Shown here: positions 50,239 to 61,047 of the stretch, in pieces
Numbering within the stretch: position 1 is the first letter of the stretch
Layout of the letters: the number at the start of each line of letters is the position of its first letter
From: Azolla caroliniana
Taxonomy: Eukaryota > Plantae > Polypodiophyta
Reading direction: 5' to 3'
DNA: 64,000 nt
Assembly: GCA_043228905.1 (NCBI GenBank)
Contig: JBHGNT010000001.1
Location: 22,568,001 to 22,632,000, forward strand
Made by a program: the position numbers and the translations under genes
Notes under the pieces: generated by a model
The model's input: the letters and a program-made list of their open reading frames with translations, nothing else
Databases searched by the model: none
Told to the model about the DNA's origin: nothing

Positions 50239-52607
50239 ACGCTCTGTACAGTAGTTACACCAACACAAAGAATGACCAACACAACTTACTAAGTGTTTGC
50301 CCTAGGTCATATTTATACTAATATGACATTAGGACTATTTACAAATGTAGCCCCAATGGGCTCTCAGAAACATATTTACCTATATGTCCCTTCATCTGTT
50401 GAGAGGTTCTCACCAGGCCTCCATCATCTGGTTCTCACCGGGTCTTCCTTGCCGGGTACTCATCATCCGGTTCTCACCGGGGCTTCATCATCCCATCCGG
50501 AGGGACCGAAATCCTAACAAATGGGAGGAGGAAGCAAACCCTACCACCGTCGAAATAGCACCAACGCAAGAGGAGAGGCAGGCTAACTGAGTTGATTCCG
50601 GAGAAGCGCCATCTATGGCCGAACAAGAACAACAAGAGCCGAACCACGGTAGTCGTAGGCCTAAGCGTCGACGGCTGGATCGCAAGGATGGTCGCGGATT
50701 GGTAAAGGATTTAGATGCACGGGTGGAAGATTGCATGCCCACGGAGCTGACATCTACATTGGAACTCATCCGCAAGCCACAACCAATCATAACAGCACAA
50801 TTGCAACGTGGAAAAGGCAGAAAGTGAAGTGTTACACTATCTAAACATGTTGGATATGGCCCATGAGTTTGGCGCATTGTTACAATTCGGGACGACATAT
50901 GAACTCATGGAATTCTTGGCGACACAACATATCAAGGTGTCCCAGCGAATGGCCGAGGAGCACGCTGAACAACAGACGATTGAGCGTGCACTAACACAGA
51001 CGACGGAGAGTGAAGATGAGAGTCCACTCGCGAAAGTGCGTCGGAAACGTAAGCATGGGTCTGGTGGGTTGGAATTGAATTGCCTCCCCTGAATGTTGCG
51101 TTAGTGGAGGTTCATCGAGAGTTAGCAAAAGTGAGCCTGGGTGCCAAAGATATGGCAATCAAAAATAAAATTGTTTGGAAAACAATAAAAGTGACCCAGG
51201 AACAATTGAACAAGGTGCAGGAGCGCATCACGCAACTAGAGAACAATGTGGCCAGTACGCAACCCCCTTCGACCCTTGCCCCGCACGACACGGAAGTTGA
51301 GACGCTAAGGGAAGAGGTGGAGCCCTAAGCAGCACTCACGACAAAGGCAAAAAGGACTATGGTGCTGGTTGAAACAGAGATTGACCAGCTCAGATCAGAG
51401 CTCCGCCAATCATCTGATAGAGAAGCAGACATTAGGGCAAAAGGACACAAGGCAATCAAAACACTTCAAGATAAGCTCGATGCGGAGGGAGCGGCACATG
51501 GCCGAACAAACGAAGAGAAGGAAAAGTTGTAGGAGGAAGCAAGCAAAAAAGAGGTTGTCATTACGATGATACGAGAATTAGCACAAAAGAAGGCAACGTA
51601 TGAAGAGCAACTCGTACATGAGCATGAACAAACCAACCAAGTTGAAATACGCCCGAATAATGAAATGGGCTGGCTCAAGGAACTGCACTTGAAGGAGTCC
51701 TAGATCTGGGCATAGATGAAGACCCACTAGGAAGATGCGGTGATAACCAACAAAAGGAAAATTGAGAATTTGAAGAAGGCCCTGGAGGAGTCGCAAGCTT
51801 GCTCCCAAATACAGACGGGCCGGATTCGCGTACTCCTCCAAACAAAGCAGGAACAATTTATGACACAACTACAAGCAACCTTGGATAAAGGTTGGATGGG
51901 CAAAACAAGCGGCCGAACTCCACATCTACCAAGTGGACTGGGAAAATTGACACAAAGAAGGTAAAGGCTTCTATAAGCTAAATGAAGACAACATCGCCGC
52001 GGTACAAGAAGACCTAACGCAGGACTATCACGCATTAGCCGACCGGCACATAGAGGAGATAACACAATTGCTGGAAGATTTTAGCGAAAGTTAGGAAGAT
52101 ATCTTCCACCAGTTGTGCGCGATCGGAAGCAAGCATCAAAAGGCGGAGGAATTGAATAGGGTGGAGGCTATTACCATACAGGACAGCGACTCCGTAGAGC
52201 AAAACAAGCCTCCAATTGATCCTAATGACGCTTTGGAGGTAATAGCAACGCCGGAGGCCCCCACGCAGGAAACATGCCCGGAAGAGTCACGCCCATATGT
52301 CTGTCCATGCCTAGTGATAGAGCCACCGTAGAACGAGCCTCCAACCGATCCTAATGACGCTCCGGAGGTAACAGCAATGCCGAAGGCCCCCGCGTAGGAA
52401 ACATGCCCGGAAGAATCACGTCCATATGTTTGTCCACGCCCAGCAACAGAGCCGCGAAGAAACGACGTTTCCTCGCCCACTGATGGCGTACCAGCCAAGC
52501 CCTCCACGGAAACACTGCGAGAAGAGGACCATGCGGAAAACAATGCACCGATAGAGCAAAACATCAGCGAGCTCACTCAAGTCATGCCAGCGGATGATAA
52601 CGCATGA
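44687..52607 (+). pseudogene. G4 extra ORF downstream of integrase (44687-45283 + 50525-~52607)
   Basis: MPIPISSALRQWLLEKGF..VDWGVITG..LATMEW|EEEANPTT joins across C4; then RRPKRRR and long coiled-coil stretches; stops present. Confidence 0.65.
45284..50519 (-). mobile_element. C4: full-length degenerate Tork-like copia, relative of C2
   Basis: TSD AATGG; LTRs 45284-45845 and 49927-50519; PPT 45846-45856; degenerate iMet PBS ~49912-49923; gag-pol fragments 45860-49897. Confidence 0.92.
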
Positions 52608-53566
52608 TCGGAGCTGAACACTCTTGACATTTTGGATGATGACTAAGGAGAGGGTGGGTTTGACGTGCCACGACATTGTCCCACAGGCATGCCAAGTGTT
52701 GTCCACCGAAAGCAGACAAATGTGAATAACGCATGGGAAAGAAATGTATTGTTATATTAGGAGCGTTAAGTAACGCGTGCAACGATTCACACAGGAAGCG
52801 TAACCGACTAAGCCCTGTGTATATAAAGGGCAGAAGAATAGTGTAATAGCTAGCGCCTTATTGAGCATAATCGTTAATAGAGTTCTATCTTCTCTGATAT
52901 TGTATCTCTCATTTATTCCCTGTTATCTCTATGTGACTGCATAAGCGTAAGCATATAAGGTAAGTACGTGGTGCATAGTTACGCACATTAGGAGCTTGGT
53001 TGAAGTTGTCTCCTGTTCACTCCCTTAGTAAATACGCTCTAATAGTATAAGTCACTACGCCAAGCGGGGTACATGTATCCCTACCCCCTTGCACCACGAT
53101 CACCTTGATACCTACCCCAAAGGACTAAGGGTAGGTTGTGTTCCTAACTGGCAACACTCATCTAGTTCACAATGGGAGCCACAAGAGGGATGTAGCCTCT
53201 TATTGCATTTCCAAATGCAGTAATCCATGGTGCAGACAAATGTCGTGGGAAGACCATAAACAATTGGCTACTGGTAGTTTGATTGAAGAGCAAAATATAT
53301 ATTGGATGTGGTGCCTTTGAAGAAAAACACAATAATATTGAGCGTACCAAAAAGTTTGATGGTGATCAGGATGTTGAATGGTGGGGTAACTTCTTTAGTC
53401 ATCAACATACGATTTTAGATAACCACTTTGCCGGTTACTGGTGACTCCAAAATCTATTCAAGTGGACTATTGGTGGCCCATCAATGGTTAGCATGACTAA
53501 TTTACAATCACTAGATAATCCTATATTGAATAATCTAGTTCATCCACAACAAAGAGATATTTACGT

Positions 53567-56500
53567 TGTTGTGAAAAATTCGTCACTTTGTGCGGATCGT
53601 GAGTTGGAACCGCCAGGGTTATGGACCGGAATGAATTAGAGCTCACACGCACAACACAATCAAGATTTACACATAAGACAAGTAGATGAAAGAAAACATT
53701 AGTTTATATCAAAATAATAGATTCATTATAATTTTTGAATCATGTTATAATGGGTTGGATATCAATATGAGAGGTATTTTTTGAAAGAAGGGAGAAGAAA
53801 AATGGAGAAAAGAAGAGAGTGGAATATATATAGAGTTTCTTTGTTGATCATGGCCCCGTTATGTTTAGTTGCATGCGTCCACACATGACCTTTAGTTTAG
53901 TTGCATGGCCTCAAGATTCAGTTGCATGTGTCCACACATGGTGTTTACTTTAGTTGAGCAGTTTAGCCTGTGCACTATGAACGCTCCGAATGGCCCACAC
54001 ACTACGAACGCTCAGAACGGCCCACACACTATGGATTGCTCCAAAAGGCCCATGCACAGAATGGCCCGTGCATTACGGATTGCTTGCTCTGAATGGCCCA
54101 CGCACTTCAGATCCCTCTGAACAACCAAACGGCTTGTGCATTACGAACAACCCATGCAATAAGCCACCAAATATGAAATAATGGGTTTGAGTTCTGGTTA
54201 TATAATGTTGGATTCGATGTTGTCCTTTCTACGTGGGATATCTTACAATTCCGTTTCCCTCATCCTCTCAAACTTCATATTCACATAACTTGATACTTAG
54301 TTGTCCGTTTCATATACATGTAGTAAAATGCGTTCAGAAGCTCTTGAAGACGTCCATCTTTTCCATATCAAACCATTAAGCTAATCTAAAATAATTATTT
54401 CATTCTTTTTCATATCGTGTGTGAAGAACCACACGACATTCACCCCCACCAAACTTGCACATCCACCGGTATGTGCCAATTGTGGTAAGGTTCCTCTTTT
54501 GATTATTCTTCGTCAACCTCGATGCTAGAGGCTACATCGTCTAGAGCTTCGATTTCAAGATTTGGGCCTCTCTTCTCTTAAAGATCTTGATTCTCTTTCT
54601 TGCAATTGGCAAAGCAAGTTGAGTTCCATCTAACTTTGCTAGAAAATAGGTTGCATTGTTTTCAATTTTCTTGAGCACATATGGGCCAAACCATCGTTTC
54701 ACAAACTTTCGAGCAGTGTTATATTGATTATCAAGGCTACTATTATAGACAAGAACCCAATCTCCTTCTTCAGTTTTTCTTTGATGAAGATGATGCTTTT
54801 TATCAAAATTCTCCTTGTTCCTCAATTGAACCTAGCACAACCGTTCTATTGCCAGCTCGACATCTTCAGGCCTCCATTCTAATTGTTGAATCCTTGTAGC
54901 TAGTAAGTCTTCTCGACTCTTTTCCTCTTGCCATGGCAAAGATGTCCACGAAGTAACACTTTGCTCGATAAGCATTATTGGTTTTTGCCATAATATGAGC
55001 TCGGTCGGCATATATCCTGTAGTCGTGTTATGTGTAGTTGTATCAACCCACAATGCATATGGTAGTAATCGTGGTCAGTCCCCCATCTTTCCGTCGCAAG
55101 ACTTTGCTAGATCTTTTACAATTGGACTATGTCCTCGTTCCACCTTCCCATTTGCGTCCGGGTTGTATGCCATGGTGAGTGATAATTTGACGCCTATCCT
55201 TGAAAAGAACTCTTTAGCTTCATTTGCATCTAATTCTCCCCTATCGGCTACTATTTTACCGACACATCCGTATCAACAAATAACATCTTCAAGGAGAAAC
55301 ATACAAATCGCCGAAATTGTTTTATTCCTTAGTGCCCGACCTTCTACTTGGTTGGTGAGATCCTCTCTTGCTAGCAAGAGGTACCTCATTTGCCACAATC
55401 CCATCAGCATAATCACTATGTTTACCAACCCCTTATAATGCATTGATAATGGATATGTCAGATGAAGTCCATTCCTATGTTGAACATTCGAGTACAATTG
55501 ACATTGTACACATGTTTCTACATAGCTTGTTATATCTTTGTGAACACTTGGCCATCAATACTTCTCCTTTAACTTTGCAAAAGTTGCCCATATGCCTCGA
55601 TGAACTACCAACACACTATCATGAAATTCAGTAATTAGGGTTTCTCGATCCTGTTTCTTGCACACCACTCGAAGCGGAGTTCCATTCTTCCTCTTTGGAA
55701 ACTTCCATAAATGTCCTTCTTTGAGGAAGAACTTGTAGGCCTTCTTCCTAATTCGGTAGAAGTCTTCCTTTGACCATGATTCATCCTTTGAAAGAGAGCT
55801 CAAGTAATTGCTAATTTCGATGAATTCACCCTCATAATCTTCTACTTTAAACACTGCTAGCACTTGAGCACAAGAACCCGTAAAGAAGTTTAGGCCAACA
55901 TCCTCTTCTTTGGAGCACAAATCTTCTTCACCCTCATACCTTGCCCTTGACAACATATCGGCCACCAAATTATGCCTCCCATTTATATGTTGAACCTTGG
56001 GGTTGAGGGACTTGATATAGGCAACCCATCGTAGCATAGCAATATCCGGTGTAACACAACCGGATATCATTCCGAGAATAGGTAGACAATCAATTTCGAT
56101 TATGACTCTTGTTACGATAAGGTAGTCACGATCGATTTTAACTGCAGATACTATTCCCCATTGCTCTCTCTTTACTTGGGCATACTTTCTTTGTCTTTCG
56201 GTCAACACCTTTGCACCGAATGGGATTGCATATTGATTTTTTTCTTTGTCTTCTTGGTTTATCACCCATCCAATTCCGGTTGGGGTCATATCCACCGTCA
56301 CATATATCAGCGTACCTTCGGTGTAGTCTGCTTTGCGAAGTGCTGGAGCTTCCAATAATAGTTTCTTTAACTTTTGAACCGTGTAGGTATACTCATCGTC
56401 CCATTCAAACTTCTTCCTTTTCTTTAGTAGTCCATACAATGGTTCAACGACATGGGCATAGTGAGGAATCCATATGTGATAGAATGCACATGCTCCCAAG

Positions 56501-59500
56501 AATCTTTGCACCTCTATTTGGGACTCACATTTCTCTTTCATCTCTTGAATAGTGTTCACCTTGGATGGAGATGGCTTCTGGCCATAAGATCCACATAAGT
56601 GTCCTACTACCAATATTTCTGGTTGACCAAATGCAGACTTCTCTCCTGAAAACGTGAGGTTTGCGTCGTCAAGCTTTTGCAACACCTTCTCGCTATCCTT
56701 TATATGATCGATGAAGAATCTACGGCAACCATCTTTCTCTTCCACCAATAATCCTTTGATCGGAATGTCATCTAAGAAGGACATTGTGATATCAGGGATA
56801 CAATCCTTCAACACTTTGTTCATGGCATTCACCATGTGGGCTACGAAGTTTGTCTAACCTTGGGGTAAGGTGCACATGCTCACCAACCCGATCAGTGTCC
56901 TCATTGTCGTTATGTCTCTACTATCGACTGCCAATTGAAACTAGTCATAGCTTGAGTAGAGATCACCAATGGAATAGATTGATCTTCCCGCAAAGGCCTC
57001 GACAAATTCATCTACACTTGGACCAATTCCGGAATTTCGATTCGTCAGCTTGTTGACGGGTTGGAGATCTTGAATAAAGCATAAGGACCCGTTCTTCTTC
57101 TGCGCCGTAAACCATCTATTGGAGTAGGGAGCATTGGACGACTCAAGAATTCCCATCCTAATATTTTTCTTTAGAAGATTAATCAACTTCGGAATGTGAG
57201 CTCTTGGAACTAGTATCGGCTTGAGGTTCCAAGGTACATCCTATCTCTTGTGGAGAGAAGGCGAAGGCTTTTCCATGCCTCTCAAGCATCATCCTAACTA
57301 TTTTCTCTTCTTTGGGGAGAAGGAAGTCATCCTACCCGACTCAGAGTTTCCCTCTCGATTCGCCGGGGAAGGTATGGCCTATTGCTTTTGGGTCTCTGAG
57401 ACTCGGATCCTTGGTAACTTCCTTCATTCGTTGCCAACTATCCTCCGGTAACGGAATAGCTATTGGCTTGATCTTCTTATCTACTGTTTTATATTTTGTA
57501 TTTACTTTGACCATCTCCTCCATAACCCCTCGTCGACATTCATCGATGGCAGTATACATGTTGATAAAGTTTACCTGAATATTATGTTGCTCATGAGGGT
57601 TCACGTCCACGATACTCTCTATTTCTCCGATTGTATCGTTAAATGAGGCTTCCTCCATGACCCATGATATGTTGTCTTCTTCTTCTAATATTCCCTGTTC
57701 TTTTAACCAATGTTCAAAGTTTTGAACTTGGCGCTTCTCTCGCTCATTCAGTGAGGTCATCCCACATGCACCATTAGGTGCTAAATATATGTTTCCTTCT
57801 TGATTTCTTCTTCTTTTTAGGAACTTAAATTTTCTCGAACTATCTTTGCCCCATTCTACAATAGTCCATGTTAAAAATTTGAGGCCTCATCTCCGAGGCT
57901 ATCTCGGTTCCTCTCATGACTAGCTCGCACCGTCAAGAATTGAACCGACTTCGGACCATCGAGAAACTCCACCCGAGCGAATGTCGCTCCAATGTCGACA
58001 CCTTAGTCTCCATCCTTGATGATGTTATGTAGGGTTGCCCAAGAATCACCGAATGGAAGCTGAATCTTGCACAAAGAAGTGTTGGTTGATCTCTACATCC
58101 CCAATTGTGACTTGAATGTTGGGACATGCTCCATAAAGATCTTCCATTGCCTTCGTCACTGCATGAATCTTCCATCCATGGTTTGTGTTGATAGGCCATC
58201 TTCCCTTGTAAAATTCCGTCGACATGAGGTTAATATCTGATCTGTGGTCTATAAGAGCCACAACCATCTCTTTCTTCTCTCCAATCTTTACTAGAGTTTT
58301 GGTTGTCGCTCTCACCCAATGGGGTCGTGTATAATGACTATCCACTAAATCTTCTTCTTTCTCTCCCGTTCTTGCCATATTTATGGCATTGGTTGTCACC
58401 TTAGTAGAAATGCCCTCTTCCTCATCCGCTTGTTTTCTTTTCCGTTTGATAAGATCGACGATGGTCTTATGGAACTCCTTCTTTGCAATTCCAAGTAGTT
58501 CTCTCAATGTAAGGTCAATATGGCTATCTAGCACTCTTTCTTCAATAACCTTCCTTGACTTAGTTGTTTGTTTAATATCCGACCTTAATTTGTATGTTGG
58601 CATCGATCTATCCTTCCCCTTCTTGGCATTTTCTTCAGATGGATGTGTTGGTTCTTCGACTCTCTTGTTTGAGTTCCCATCTTCTTGATGTATGGTCTTG
58701 ATTACCTCTTCCTTCTTCTTAGCTTTTCTTGTGTGATGTTTCTTGGAAGGGCCTTCTTCTAGATCCGTCCTCTTCCACTTCTCATCCACAAACACTTCGT
58801 GGGTTTTGCATATGACCTCTGGAGAGATCGTGTTGTTATCAATCGGATCCTCCCATCCTGTAAGGTCTCGTACATGAAGGTTTGCTAGCTTTGCATCATT
58901 CGAATTAATCTTCCCTTTTTTTTGGTATTCAAGGACGGTCGTCCAAAACCCTGTTCCCGGTTTAATCATCCCAAGCTTTTCCTTCCCGATTCTTATACCA
59001 GCGGATGTGGCATAGTGTATAGCTTTGACATGGTTCACATCGACCTCATGCATGATTTTCTTGTGACCGCCTCTACCGAAATTCACTTGCAATGGTTGGC
59101 GAGTATAGTTGAGTGTATAATGTTTCCTTCCATGTAGATGACGTTTTGTCGAATTGCTTCTTGAAGGCTAACACAATCTTTCCTCGCCTGATCCATACTA
59201 TCACACCACACAGATTTATATGGGTCTTTCCCCTTCGGCCCACGACGAATCATATTAGCTAATGAAACTTATTCGAATTTTTTAGCCAACTCTTCAATGA
59301 TAGACTTCTCCATCGCTCTTTCGGTCGGCTCTCTTTGCTTTGGCACCTCAGTTGTTATTGGAGCCTTCCTTCTTTGGAGCACTGGTCCCGTTGGAATCGT
59401 CTAGCCATCACCGACGCTTGTCGAATCGATTACATGCTCTTCTGACCGCAACCCAATCCGTTACGAGATTGTTGGGTTGTGCTTTGTCCTCTAATAGACT

Positions 59501-60939
59501 ACCTAGTTCTTGTCTATCTTTTGCATCTACTGTCTTTAAGAAGTATAAAAATTTATCTCCTTCGAGAAGTGTTTGGTCGGTTCTCGGGAGATGGTTATAC
59601 ATTTGGTCAAATTCGGTGTACACTCCCGATGTGTTCATGTTCTTCCCTTTCTTTTCAATCCACTTCTTCAATGTATGACGAGTCATCCTTGATGCATCTT
59701 CAAGCATATATTCAGCCAAAAGTGCCCTTTCAAATCCCACCCATGTCATTTGGGTACCTTGAATCTCCCTTATACAGTCTTGTAACCCTATTGCCACGAC
59801 ACACTTGAAGCTTGATATTTGCTTTTTCTTCGATAACATCTCTTTGTTGCATCTCCGTCTTGTATATATAGAGAAAATCCGTAATGTTCCTTCCACTAAA
59901 TTAGCCTACTATCTCAATGGTTCGGTCGATGGCCTTGTCTAAGCTTGCATCATTATCTCGAGCTCTCATCATATGCTCGACAATAGCCACCAACTTTGCC
60001 ACTTCGTCATCTTGGGTATTTGTCGAAGAACACATATTCTAACCTTCTATTTCAAGCACTTGAATCCTTCCTACCGCCTCTTCACGTTGAATTATGTCGT
60101 GAAAAATCCGTCACTATGTGTGGATCGTGAGGCGGAAATGCCGGGTTTATGAACTGGAAGGAATCAGAGCTCACACGCACAACGCAATCAAGATTTACAC
60201 ATAAGACAATTAGATGAAAGAAAACATTGTTAGATGAAAGAAAACATTAGTTTATATAAAAATAATAGATTCTTTATAATTTTTGAATCATGTTACAATG
60301 GGTTGGATATCAATATGAGAGATCATTTTTGAAACAAGGCAGAAGAAAAATGGAGAAAAGAAGAGAGTGGAATATATATAGAGTTTCTTTATTGATCATG
60401 GCCCCTTTATGTTCAGTTGCATGCATCCACACATGACATTTACTTTAGTTGCATGGCCTGAATGTTCAGTTGCATGCGTCCACACATGGCGTTTACTTTA
60501 GTTGAGCAGTTTAGCCCGTGCACTACGAATGCTCCGAACGGCCCGCAAAAACGAACACTCTGAATGGTTTGCGCACTACGACCCGTGCACTACAAGCCGT
60601 GCACTACGAACTCTCAAAATAATCCACGCTCTACGGATCGCTCCAAAGGGCTGAATGACTTATGAAAACGAGCTTGTGCACTACGAACAGCCCGTGCACG
60701 AAGCACCCAGATATGAAGTATTGGGTTTGAGGTCTGCTTATATAATGCTATAGTTCTGTGTCCCTCATCTTCTTAAACTTCATACTCACATAACTTGATA
60801 CTTAGTTGTCCGTTTCATATGTAATAAAATGCGTTCGGGAGCTCTTGAAGACATCCATCTTTTCCATATCAAACGATTAAGCTAATCTAAACTAATTATT
60901 TCATTATTTTTCATATCGTGTGTGAAGAACCACACAACA
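53567..60939 (-). mobile_element. G5: near full-length Phygy/Selgy-like gypsy element
   Basis: TSD ACGT (53563-53566/60940-60943); LTRs 53567-54438 and 60095-60939; PPT 54439-54450; gag 59408-59990, protease 58046-59092, RT-RH 55555-57186, IN 54541-55550; PBS partly deleted. Confidence 0.92.
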
Positions 60940-61047
60940 ACGTGCGAGCTAGAATATCGCATGATGCAGAGGCGAGATGGCAAGACAATCTACATGAGCT
61001 ACAAGTTGGTATGTTGGTTGCAACATTAGTTGGGGGTGATAAGTTGG

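Larger units (their letters stand above)
39170..53156 (+). mobile_element. G4: degenerate Athila/Tat-like gypsy element with an extra 3' ORF
   Basis: 5' LTR remnant 39170-39344 matches 52985-53156; PBS TGGCACACCTGGTG (tRNA-Arg-like, 39349-39362); gag ~39670-40900; RH 41100-41760; IN 41766-44354; PPT ~52645-52658; 3' LTR ~52659-53156. Confidence 0.8.
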
